Assembly: GCA_964016885.1 (NCBI GenBank)
Contig: CAXHJY010001472.1
Coordinates: 124,001-188,000 of the forward strand
Reading direction: 5' to 3'
Source of the DNA: Eledone cirrhosa
Lineage: Eukaryota
Length of the DNA stretch: 64,000 nucleotides
A model generated the notes under the pieces. The model did no database searches. It saw only the letters and a program-made list of their open reading frames with translations, and had not been told where the DNA came from. Every line of letters starts with the position of its first letter. Position 1 is the stretch's first letter. Below, one piece after another: positions 23,830-36,107 of the stretch. A program made the translations under genes and the position numbers.

Positions 23830-25755
23830 TCATCATCATCATCATCATCGTTTAACGTCCATATTCCACGCTTGCATGGGTTTGGACGGGAATTTTCCCA
23901 CTTGAGGCAAGAGTGGTTGTCTTGCTCGCATAGGACTGTCTGGCGGGTTTTCTACAGCTGGATGCCCTTCCTAACACCAACCGCATTTACAGTGTGGGAC
24001 TGGGAGGTTTTTACCGTGTTACCTACACGGCCACATTACTGCGTGGACTGTGTTTTTTTTTTTTGTCGTGACACCTACACGACCTCATTTGTTTCGGCCT
24101 GGATGTTGTGGCACCAACATAACTTTACATTGAAAGGGGCGGTGTGGATGGGGCTGGGGGTGTATTTTGTTAGAGGTGCCTACTGACTGTAGTAGGTTTT
24201 ACTTTGTATCTAGGTAAGGCGGGTCTTCTCTATTACTGAGTACCGCCAAAGATCTCGGTCCAGTGACATTGTCTTGGAGAGGTGTAAGTGTGTGAGGTCG
24301 GAATTTATCAAGTCGTCCCAGGTTTTTCTGGGTCTGCCTACTCCGTGGCTACCGTCTATCTTTATTGCCCTGCATTTTTTTTATACAGCTGTCGTCTTTC
24401 ATCCGCATCACGTGGACCATACCAACGTAGTCTTCTCTCGAGTACACAACATCTGATCCCTCTTATTTCTAATTTTTCCCTTAGTTCGTTTATGCTTTGC
24501 CGTTCACATATATTACTATTACACATCCAGCGAAGCATGCAAGCTTCGTTCCTCTCTAGTCTGCGTATATCCTCTGCACACAATGCCCAGGTCTCACTGC
24601 CATGCAACATTGCTGTTCATATGCAGGCATCATACAACCTGCCTTTCATTTTTAGGGAGAACCCTTTAGCGGCTAATAGTGGTATAAGCTCTCTGAACTG
24701 TTTCCATCCAGTTCTGACTCTAGCTACTGTACTTTCAGAGCACCCTCCCCCACTGCTGATTTTGTCACCCAGGTAACGGAAGCTGTCCACTATTTCTATA
24801 GAACCCTCTGCGCAATTGAAAGAGCTAGTATTTTGTGGGCACTTGCTGCTACTTATTGCACCAGAGCACCGGCCACATGTAAAATCTATGTTCTTAGTTA
24901 GCTTACCTGTGATCCCACTACATCTTTTATGAACCCATACTTTGCATTTGGGACATAAAATGGAGTTTCTACCTACGCCTTTCCTACACACTGAGCATGG
25001 CCATTTCCCGGAAGGGACCGGCGCCTTATTTTCTTTCCTACAAACTAGAACTTTAGTCTTAGCCAGGTTAATTTTAAGGCCTTCTGATTCTAGGCCTTGC
25101 TTCCATGTTTGGAATTTCTTCTCTAGCTCGGCCATTGATTCAGCTATGAGCGTTAGATCATCTGCGTATAGGAGTTCCCATGGGCAGCCGGTCTTGAACT
25201 CCACTGTTATAGCCTGAAGGGCAATAATAAATAGTAGGGGGCTAAGGACGGAGCCCTGATGAACACCAACTTTTACGCTAAACTCTTCACTATATTCGTT
25301 GTTAATTCTAACCTTGCTGACTGTTTCTTTATACATGGCTCGTATAGCTCTCACAAGCCATTCCTCAACACCTAGTTTTCTAAGAGCCCACCAGATAATG
25401 GAACGGGGGACTCTGTCGAAGGCTTTCTCCAAGTCAACAAAAGCTAAGTATAGGGGTTTACTTTTAACTAGGTACTTCTCCTGTAGTTGTCGTACAATGA
25501 AAAGAGCGTCTGTGGTACTTTTACCTGACACAAACCCGAACTGCATTTCATCTAGATCAATTCTCTCTCTGATTAGTTGCGCTATTACTTTTTCCGTGAC
25601 CTTCATGACCTGGTCGATTAATTTAATGCCTCTATAGTTACTCCTATCTAGGGCATCTCCTTTACCCTTGTAACAGTTAATGATGATGCTGCTACGCCAG
25701 TCCTTCAGAACAACCCCATTCTGTATGACTTGGTTTACTATCCGGGTGACCATTA
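23828..25755 (-). mobile_element. 5'-truncated RTE-clade LINE with 3' UTR and (GAT)n tail
   Basis: RT ORF followed by a 3' UTR. (CAT)n on + at 23828-23848 abuts a (TA)n tract. Confidence 0.93.
24290..25755 (-). pseudogene. RTE reverse transcriptase with inserted Cys/His (PHD-like) finger; one nonsense codon and one frameshift
   Basis: YKGKGD..NYRGI, QFGF, FVDLEKAFDRV, GVHQGSVLSPLLF, LLYADD, INLAKTK, CSVC..CPKC..WVHKRC..CGRC, FRYLG. A TGA at 24617-24619 (likely from CGA) continues in frame to MLHGSETW..RRLRWYG, followed by a +1 frameshift near 24415. Confidence 0.92.
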
Positions 25756-26039
25756 CGTGTATACATCTGAAAATGTATATATGTATGCAAAGATATAAGT
25801 AAACATACATGTATACATATAGATGGACAGTTATGCATATACAATAACTTATTTCTATACATACATATACCACAAGTAAGGCATGGTGCTGCCAACTAAC
25901 CAGACCTCCCTCATAATGGACCAGCTAGATCCCAAAATACAGGCCTGCTTGCCAACACACAGTCCCAATAAGTGTAAGTTACAGCGCAGCTATCTGGACA
26001 GACTTGTCTTAAGACTACACACTATCCCACTACATCTTT

Positions 26040-26145
26040 TGTATACTATATATATACTGTTTATATATATATATACTATATATATATATATACTGTTTAT
26101 ATATATATATACTATATATATATATACTGTTTATATATATATACA
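26040..26145. repeat. Short TA-rich minisatellite (tatatatactgtt / tatatatacta)
   Basis: Directly visible. Confidence 0.85.
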
Positions 26146-26574
26146 CACATATAATTGTGTATTCACACATTATCTTAGTAATGAAATAATTAATAATTTT
26201 AGTAAATTGTTCAAAATTCTTCATTAACCCTTTTGGTAGAAACCCAGCCAAAATTAGTTCTCGTACTATGGAAATGGTTCCTATCTAAATTAAAGTCTTC
26301 CAACACAATTCTATATAACAACCATATGGTAAGTTACTATGTTAGTAATTAACTAACAATTGTGATAAATAGCTCAAAATTATTCATAATTAATTGAATT
26401 ATAAGGTTCATAATTATAATAAAATCTTCAAATAGGCTACGAAACCGGTAAACCTGAAAGGTACACAACACACACACATTGCTATAGCGTTTCACCAGCC
26501 CCTTCCTTCCTGAATTATTACAGAGATGTGTGTGTATGTAATAATTATTTGTATAATGTGTGTCTATTTATGAA

Positions 26575-27300
26575 TATGTATGAGTAGATGTGTGTGTGTG
26601 TATCACAGTAGATGTGTATGTAACACAGTAGATGTGTATATGTAACAGAGTAGATGTGTGTTTGCATGTAACTCAGTATATGTGTATGTAACTCAGTAGA
26701 TGTGTGTGTGTAACACGGTAGATGTGTGTGTGTAACACGGTAGATGTGTGTGTGTAACACGGTAGATGTGTGTGTGTAACACGGTAGATGTGTGTATGTA
26801 ACAGTAGATGTGTATGTATGTAACACAGTAGATGTGTATGTATGTAACACAGTAGATGTGTGTATGTAACACAGTACATGTGTGTGTATGTAACTCAGTA
26901 GATGTGTGTGTATGTAACTCAGTAGATGTGTGTATGTAACACAGTAGATTGTGTGTATGTAACATAGAAGATGTGTGTAACACAGTAGATGTGTGTGTAT
27001 GTAACACAGTAGATCTGTGTGTATGTAACTCAGTAGATGTGTGTGTATGTAACACAGGTGTGTGTATGTAACACAGTAGATGTGTGTATGTAACATAGTA
27101 GATGTGTGTATGTAACACAGAAGATGTGTGTGTATGTAACTCAGTAGATGTGTGTGTATGTAACACAGTAGATGTGTGTGTAACACAGTAGATGTGTATG
27201 TAACGCAGTAGATGTGTGTGTATACAACCCAGTTGATGTGTGTGTATGTAACACAGTAGATGTGTGTATGTAACATAGTATATGTGTATGTAACTAAAGT
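26575..27300. repeat. ~20-24-bp minisatellite, consensus GTATGTAACACAGTAGATGTGT(GT), about 30 copies
   Basis: Directly visible. It produces the THLLCYIH pseudo-ORFs. Confidence 0.95.
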
Positions 27301-28237
27301 GTAACGTACGTTACAAATGGACGACAAAATGATTTTAACTTGTTTTTTAACAATTGATGGTGGAAAAGATTTTAAATTGTCTTAACTCAGACCATAAAGG
27401 GCCGCAACACATGGAGTCTGACACTCTTACCGGCTACATAGCCTGGGCGTCTATTTTACCGCGACCGGCTACATAGCATCTTCCTAAAATCTTCCAACAT
27501 AATTTTATACAAGAACCACATGTTAAGTTACTAATAAAATAATTAATAAATAAAAACATTAGTAAGTCCTTCAAATGATATCTCAGTAATGAAATAATTA
27601 ATAATTGTTATAAATACCTCAAAATTCCTCATTAATTAAACCTCATTAATTAATTAAGCCGCTGAAAAGTGCAACAGATGCCCTCTTCTTAGTGAGACAA
27701 CTACAAAAGAGGTTCTTAGAGAAAAATAAGCCACTATACTTAGCTTTGGACATAGAGAAGGCTTTTGATAGAGAACTCTTATAAATGACAACATATATAT
27801 ATGTGTGTGTATATATATGTTTTTTTTAAAACTATATATTTATTACTCCCTTAAGCAGAAGAAATATATTCCCAGATATCGAAGATTACCACAATAACTA
27901 GGGAGCGGAAATCAATAGATGCTGGACATTGCTGCTGAGGGTAGGATGACCTGATGAGCTGGCTCCTGTGGTTGATACCTAAACATAGTAAGAGCCAAGT
28001 GGGATGACTGAGGTTCACCTACATACATCAGATGTCTCTGGATCTCCAGCTGGAGATTAATGATCTCAGGAATGCCATGAAAAATCGTGACATCTAAAAA
28101 AGAAGAGTAGAATTGTTCTGGCCAATCCACCTGACCTAATAAACAATAATAATATTAATATATATTGATGAAAATTAATTATGGTGAAATATCTTAGAAA
28201 TCATTCTCAGAGGTTTTGTATTGTAATCCACACTTGC

Positions 28238-30191
28238 TCCTTGTGGCTTCTGATGCAGACATCATGTCCGCCATCAGGTCCTTCCCAGCTAGCAGCTGCG
28301 GAGATGTTGATGGTCTCTGACCAGGCCTCCTCAAGGAGTTGATATCTCCCCTCTCCGCTGAGGCCGGGCGCCGCCTTCTGAGTGCAATTGTGGCGCTCAC
28401 CAATAGGCTCATCCATGGCGCCCTGGACTCTTATGCTCGAGGCCTCTTTTTTTCGGCGAGCCTCACCGCTCTCAGGAAGAAAGAGGATGGCATACGCCCC
28501 ATTGCTGTGGGCAATGTCTTCCGGAGGCTGGCTGCCAAGGTAATCTGCAAGTCCGTAACACTCGGAACCGGCATCCAGGGCCTCCAGCCACCTCATTGTC
28601 AAGTTTGACATGAGGAATGCCTTCAACTCTTTACGCTGGGATCATCTGCTCGAGGCCTGCCTCAGCCGAGCCCCCTCTGCCTACCTGTCATATGGAGCCC
28701 CAAGCATGCGCCATGCTGCTGATACGGTCATACCCTTGGCTACTGGGATCCAACAGGGCAACCCTTTGGGACCCCTCCTGTTCACCCTTGGTATTGACCA
28801 CATCGCCTGGAGTATAACGGCCCCTCTCAACGTTTGGTATCTGGATGATGCTACTTTGGGTGGGCCCGTACAGGCGGTCTGCCATGACCTTCAATCGGTG
28901 GTTCCTGCCCTGGCGGGAATCGACCTCCAGGTCAACTCAGCCAAGTCGGAGGTGGTGAATGTCAGCCTCGATGCTGCAAGCTTTGCAGTCTCCGTCTTGG
29001 ACGTGCGGTCCATTCTCCGCCAGGTTCAGGTGACCCCCTCACCGATCCACCCGCCGGCCATCCGCTCCTCCATCAAGTCCAGACTCTCACGAGCCGACTG
29101 GGCTTGATTGATGGCCACCCAGTTCTCTTTCTGCTGAGGAACTGCTACGCCATGCCGAAGCTCCTCTATACACTCTGTGCTACACCTAAACTTGTATCCG
29201 AGCAGCAGCCGATGAGATATGCAACTTTACCTGTCAGGTATGGCGGCCTTCGCCTCCAGTCCCCGATCTCACTAGCTTTGCCGACATATCTTTCGTCGGT
29301 AACCTCGTACCACGTCCTCTTCAGCAGGGTTCTTCAAAACACAACAGAACCCTCTGTGTTCAGAGAACGCGTGGCCGCCTGTGAGACGTGGCACCGGCTG
29401 GGACTTAGCCCAGTAGACGTTCCTCCTCCTTCTCCCCCTGTTGACGTCAAGTCCCCCCCAACACACTTGGGATGCCATCCAGTGCAGCCTGGCCTCAGAC
29501 AGGCTCACGTGCCAGCTCGACCAGCACCGCCTTGTTTGTTTTCGTGCAGCCTCCAAACCCCACAGTGGGGCCTGGCTCCATGCCCTGCCCTCCTTCTCCA
29601 CTCGCACGCAGCTAGACAACAATAGCTTGCGCATCGGCGTTTCCCTGAGGCTCGGCCTCACACCAATGTCGCTGCCGTTCCACCATGGACTCTTTCGGCC
29701 TCCACCCGCAATCCACGCCATGCTGCCCTCAACGAAGTCATTAAGCATGGCTTGGACGCTGCAGGCTTCCCTTCCCAGCTCGAGGGGACGGCAAAAGGCT
29801 AGATGGCATGACCATCTTCCCGTTCCGCGGTGGCAAACCCCTCGTCTGGGATGCCACTTGCACCGACACTTTCTGCAGCCGCAACCTGGTGCAGTCTGCG
29901 ACTGGCCCAGGTTCTGCTGCACGTCAGGCTGAGGGGGCCAAACTCCTCACATATCGTTCACTCTCCGACAGGTTTGCGGTCGTACCCCTGGAAGTGGAGA
30001 CTTCTGGTGTCCTCGGCCCCAGGGCTACCTCCTTACTCACCACCATAGGCGCTGAGCTGGCCAGCCGTAGGTGTGAGCCCCGCGAGTTGGAGTGGCTTTT
30101 CCAGCGCGTCTCCCTTGCCGTGCTCCGGGGAAACGCCTTCTCCATTCTGTCCGCCGGGGCTGTGGGTGGGTCCCATCGCGTACCGTTATGA
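28238..30191 (+). mobile_element. CRE-clade retrotransposon pseudocopy 5
   Basis: Same motifs. Shares the 14-bp and 26-bp deletions with copy 3. Confidence 0.9.
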
Positions 30192-32040
30192 ATGTATACA
30201 AAACAACTAAATCTCTTAAATAACTTCACTTATATCCAAAACATGATTTGTATATACATCAACAGTGACTCATTATTATACGCCAGTCACGACCCCACTG
30301 CAAAAACGATATCTATATAACAACCCCACCGTAAAACTACTCTTCCCCACTTTACAAACACTTTATATTATTTGTCATTAAGGTTTCTTAAAATAAATAT
30401 ATATACGTATGTGTAGTAATTAGTACGGAGACTGAGAGAGAAGGGGCGAGTGTGTCTTCATGGAGGGCACATGGGACCAGCAAAGCCCTAAAAGTAGAGA
30501 CCAGTAAATGAGATAAGGTCCTAGCTATGTTAAGAATATAAATAAGAAACATGTTCTATACATTTAAGAAGACAAGAGAAACATGTTCTAAACATTTAAG
30601 AAATAATTATTTACCTCTTTCATGTCGGTAATATAGCGGTGTTATAAAACTAATTATAACGACCGGTGTTAAAATAGAGAGAGATAGACAGATAAATGTG
30701 TGTCACACTCTCACCCTCTCTTTAAATCTTTTACACTATCTAACTCGTACTTCTCACACTCTCTTTAAATCTTTTACTCTATCTACCTCTCATTTCTATC
30801 TGTGTATGTATGTATGTATCTGTCTATGTGTAACTCGGTGTACTGGAGCAATATGAAGTGAAGTGTCTTGCTCAAGAAGACATTTTGTGGAGTTATATCA
30901 TCGTTTCTTGTTATAAAGCTACTTATACTACCGGCGTAACAGTGGCTATAGGTGATAGATGTAGAAATAAAAGGCTGTAACAGCGATATAAATATAGATG
31001 AAATAGTTTACCACGAGACTAAGAATGAATGTTTAATGGAATTAAGTGTAATCTAATAGGAAATAAGAGGCTAGAGCAGCGAAATGTTTACGTAAAATAA
31101 AAGAACAACAAACAAGAGTGCAACATTGAAATTTTTTTTTTTTTTTTGTCGATATAAGCGTTATTTTATGCGCGATTTGCCTTGCTGCCGGCGCTGCTCA
31201 GTCAGTAGCAGCCCCGCTTACGAACTTCAGGAGCCAACGACTTTACATGGTTCGAATCTCACCCTCTCCGCTCTTGTCGAGTTATCTCCTACTCTTTTTA
31301 CTTAGTTCCAGGTCATTAAAATAGAGCAAAGAGGGCGCGGCGATCGGCATATGCACTGGCTACAATGTTGAACTTTGGTACTGACTGCGTAGTTGAACGT
31401 TCCACATACCAACCGCCCAACTGGCCAGTCAACCGCATATGCGGCTGGCTGGCCGGTTGGGTAGTTGGCATATGTACTGGCTACCATGCTGAACATTGTA
31501 CTGACTGTCAAGTTGAACGTTCTAACCCTCTCTTTACATCTATTACTCTATCTACCGCTTATTTCTCCCCCTCTCTTTACTTCTATAACTCTATCTCCCA
31601 CTCTCTTTACATCTATTACAGTGTCTCCCTGTATATATACACGTATATATGCACTAGATTTTATAAGAAATCTACGTAATAATATAATTAACAATAGTTG
31701 ATGAATTAGACCAGAGTTAATTAAACAATAAATATGAATGAAATAGCAGTAGATGGCGAAACTTGAGTGTTGTGTGTGCATACATATATATGAGGTAAAC
31801 TGGTTCAAATACTGTCAGGATTATATTGGATCAAAGACTGTATTAAATAGAAAGTAAAAAATGAAGTGAAAATATAAAAACAAACTGAAAATTTCCCCAT
31901 CCCTAGAAAAATTCATATCTTGTTATATATAGATAATTGGCGCTTTAAATTGAATAAATATTCATTTATATATATATATATATGTATATATATATGTACA
32001 CTGATATATATGTGTGTATATATATATGTGTATATATATA

Positions 32041-32083
<43 letters not shown>

Positions 32084-34139
32084 ACTTCATCATACGTCCG
32101 CTTTTCCATGCTTGCAAGGGTGGGGTGGGAGCTGATTCTGGATTGGTTTCTACAGCTGGGTGCCCTTCCTGACGCCAACCCCGTTTGCAGTGAGTGCTGG
32201 GTGCTTTTTTTTTTCCGTGGCACCTCCACGTCAGCTTTACAGTGTGGGCTGGGTGCTTTTTTGCCGCGGCGCCTCCACGACCACTTTGCGGTGGGGTGGT
32301 GGGGTGGTATGTGTATACCCAGCCCATTGTCATTTGCCACACAGAAAAGCTTATAGCATCGTTCTTTACCCACGATGAATCTAGCAGACCCACCCCTCCA
32401 CCTGGTCTCTTGAATACAACAAACATCGACCACCTTACGTTCAAGCATTTCTACAACCTCGTTAGAGCCACCCTATAAGGTGCCTACATTAATGGTACCA
32501 ACTCTGAAGTTTTGGATTGCGTTTGGAGGTTGGGAGCGGTGGGGAGCGGGGATGGGGTTAGGGTTAGCCATCCGCGGCCGAAACAAAGAGGAGGAGCCCT
32601 TGCATTCTCGTCCATGAGGTGGATTTGTCTTTATGTATGTATATGTATATATGTATGTATGTGTGTGTATGTATGTATATGTATATATGAGTGTATATGT
32701 GTATATGTATGTATATGTATGTGTATGTATGTGTATATATGTGTATATGTATGTGTTTGTATATATGTGTGTGTATGTATATATGTGTGTGTACGTATAT
32801 ATATATATGTATGTATGTGTATATGTATGTATATGTATGTATGTGTATGTATATGTGTGTATGTATGTATATATGTATGTATGTGTATATATGTATGTAT
32901 GTATATGTATATATACGTGTGTATATGTATATATACTTATGTGTATATGCTTATGTATGTGTATGTATGTATATTTATATTATGTATATATATATATATC
33001 TATGTATGTGTATGTATGTATATATATGTATGTATATGTGTATGTATGTGTATGTATGTATGTATGTGTATATATGTATGTATGTATATATATATGTATG
33101 TATATGTATATGTATGTGTATGTATATGTATATGTATATGGAGGCACATGGCTTAGTGGTTCGAGCATTGGCCTGGCAATCGAAAGGTTGTGAGTTCAAT
33201 TCTCAGACCGGGTGATGTGTTGTTTCCTTGAGCAAGACACTTTATTTCACATTGCTCCAGTTTACTCAGCTGTAGAAATGAGATGATAGGGACTGGGGTC
33301 CATATCATTCCACTGCAAAGTGGTCGTGGAGGTGCCACGGCAAAAAAGCACTCAGCACTCACTGTAAATGAGGTTGGTGTTAGGAAGGGCATCCAGCTGT
33401 AGAAATCAAGCCAGAATCAGTTCCCGTCCCACATTTGCAAGCAGGGAAAAAGCGGACTTAAAACGAAATGATGATGATGATGATGATGTATGTATGTATG
33501 TGTATATGTATGTATGTATGTATATGTATGTATGTGTATGAGATGCAGTTTGGTTTTGTGCCGCTGAAAAGTGCAACAGATGCCCTCTTCTTAGTGAGAC
33601 AACTACAAAAGAGGTTCTTAGAGAAAAATAAGCCACTATACTTAGCTTTGGACATAGAGAAGGCTTTTGATAGAGAACTCTTATAAATGACAACATATAT
33701 ATATGTGTGTGTATATATATGTTTTTTTTAAAACTATATATTTATTACTCCCTTAAGCAGAAGAAATATATTCCCAGATATCGAAGATTACCACAATAAC
33801 TAGGGAGCGGAAATCAATAGATGCTGGACATTGCTGCTGAGGGTAGGATGACCTGATGAGCTGGCTCCTATGGTTGATACCTAAACATAGTAAGAGCCAA
33901 GTGGGATGACTGAGGTTCACCTACATACATCAGATGTCTCTGGATCTCCAGCTGGAGATTAATGATCTCAGGAATGCCATGAAAAATCGTGACATCTAAA
34001 AAAGAAGAGTAGAATTGTTCTGGCCAATCCACCTGACCTAATAAACAATAATAATATTAATATATATTGATGAAAATTAATTATGGTGAAATATCTTAGA
34101 AATCATTCTCAGAGGTTTTGTATTGTAATCCACACTTGC

Positions 34140-36107
34140 TCCTTGTGGCTTCTGATGCAGACATCATGTCCGCCATCAGGTCCTTCCCAGCTAGCAGCTG
34201 CGGAGATGTTGATGGTCTCTGACCAGGCCTCCTCAAGGAGTTGATATCTCCCCTCTCCGCTGAGGCCGGGCGCCGCCTTCTGAGTGCAATTGTGGCGCTC
34301 ACCAATAGGCTCATCCATGGCGCCCTGGACTCTTATGCTCGAGGCCTCTTTTTTTCGGCCAGCCTCACCGCTCTCAGGAAGAAAGAGGATGGCATACGCC
34401 CCATTGCTGTGGGCAATGTCTTCCGGAGGCTGGCTGCCAAGGTAATCTGCAAGTCCGTAACACTCGGAACCGGCATCCAGGGCCTCCAGCCACCTCATTG
34501 TCAAGTTTGACATGAGGAATGCCTTCAACTCTTTACGCTGGGATCATCTGCTCGAGGCCTGCCTCAGCCGAGCCCCCTCTGCCTACCTGTCATATGGAGC
34601 CCCAAGCATGCGCCATGCTGCTGATACGGTCATACCCTTGGCTACTGGGATCCAACAGGGCAACCCTTTGGGACCCCTCCTGTTCACCCTTGGTATTGAC
34701 CACATCGCCTGGAGTATAACGGCCCCTCTCAACGTTTGGTATCTGGATGATGCTACTTTGGGTGGGCCCGTACAGGCGGTCTGCCATGACCTTCAATCGG
34801 TGGTTCCTGCCCTGGCGGGAATCGACCTCCAGGTCAACTCAGCCAAGTCGGAGGTGGTGAATGTCAGCCTCGATGCTGCAAGCTTTGCAGTCTCCGTCTT
34901 GGACGTGCGGTCCATTCTCCGCCAGGTTCAGGTGACCCCCCAAAGAGGATGCCCTCACCGATCCACCCGCCGGCCATCCGCTCCTCCATCAAGTCCAGAC
35001 TCTCACGAGCCGACTGGGCTTGATTGATGGCCACCCAGTTCTCTTTCTGCTGAGGAACTGCTACGCCATGCCGAAGCTCCTTTATACACTCTGTGCTACA
35101 CCTAAACTTGTATCCGAGCAGCAGCCGATGAGATATGCAACTTTACCTGTCAGGTATGGCGGCCTTCGCCTCCAGTCCCCGATCTCACTAGCTTTGCCGG
35201 CATATCTTTCGTCGGTAACCTCGTACCACGTCCTCTTCAGCAGGGTTCTTCAAAACACAGCAGAACCCTCTGTGTTCAGAGAACGCGTGGCCGCCTGTGA
35301 GACGTAGGACCGGCTGGGACTTAGCCCAGTAGACGTTCCTCCTCCTTCTCCCCCTGTTGACGTCAAGTCCCCCCCAACACACTTGGGATGCCATCCAGTG
35401 CAGCCTGGCCTCAGACAGGCTCACGTGCCAGCTCGACCAGCACCGCCTTGTTTGTTTTCGTGCAGCCTCCAAACCCCACAGTGGGGCCTGGCTCCATGCC
35501 CTGCCCTCCTTCTCCACTCGCACGCAGCTAGACAACAATAGCTTGCGCATCGGCGTTTCCCTGAGGCTCGGCCTCACACCAATGTCGCTGCCGTTCCACC
35601 ATGGACTCTTTCGGCCTCCACCCGCAATCCACGCCATGCTGCCCTCAACGAAGTCATTAAGCATGGCTTGGACGCTGCAGGCTTCCCTTCCCAGCTCGAG
35701 GGGACGGCAAAAGACTAGATGGCATGACCATCTTCCCGTTCCGCGGTGGCAAACCCCTCGTCTGGGATGCCACTTGCACCGACACTTTCTGCAGCCGCAA
35801 CCTGGTGCAGTCTGCGACTGGCCCAGGTTCTGCTGCACGTCAGGCTGAGGGGGCCAAACTCCTCACATATCGTTCACTCTCCGACAGGTTTGCGGTCGTA
35901 CCCCTGGAAGTGGAGACTTCTGGTGTCCTCGGCCCCAGGGCTACCTCCTTACTCACCACCATAGGCGCTGAGCTGGCCAGCCGCAGGTGTGAGCCCCGCG
36001 AGTTGGAGTGGCTTTTCCAGCGCGTCTCCCTTGCCGTGCTCCGGGGAAACGCCTTCTCCATTCTGTCCGCCGGGGCTGTGGGTGGGTCCCATCGCGTACC
36101 GTTATGA
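34140..36107 (+). mobile_element. CRE-clade retrotransposon pseudocopy 6
   Basis: Same motifs, with the 26-bp deletion and a private TGG>TAG at ~35305. Confidence 0.9.

Noticed and set aside
26545-27327. 260-aa His/Thr/Tyr repeat ORF, or a CRISPR-like array
   Set aside because: It is a minisatellite with no unique spacers and no cas genes, in a eukaryotic context.
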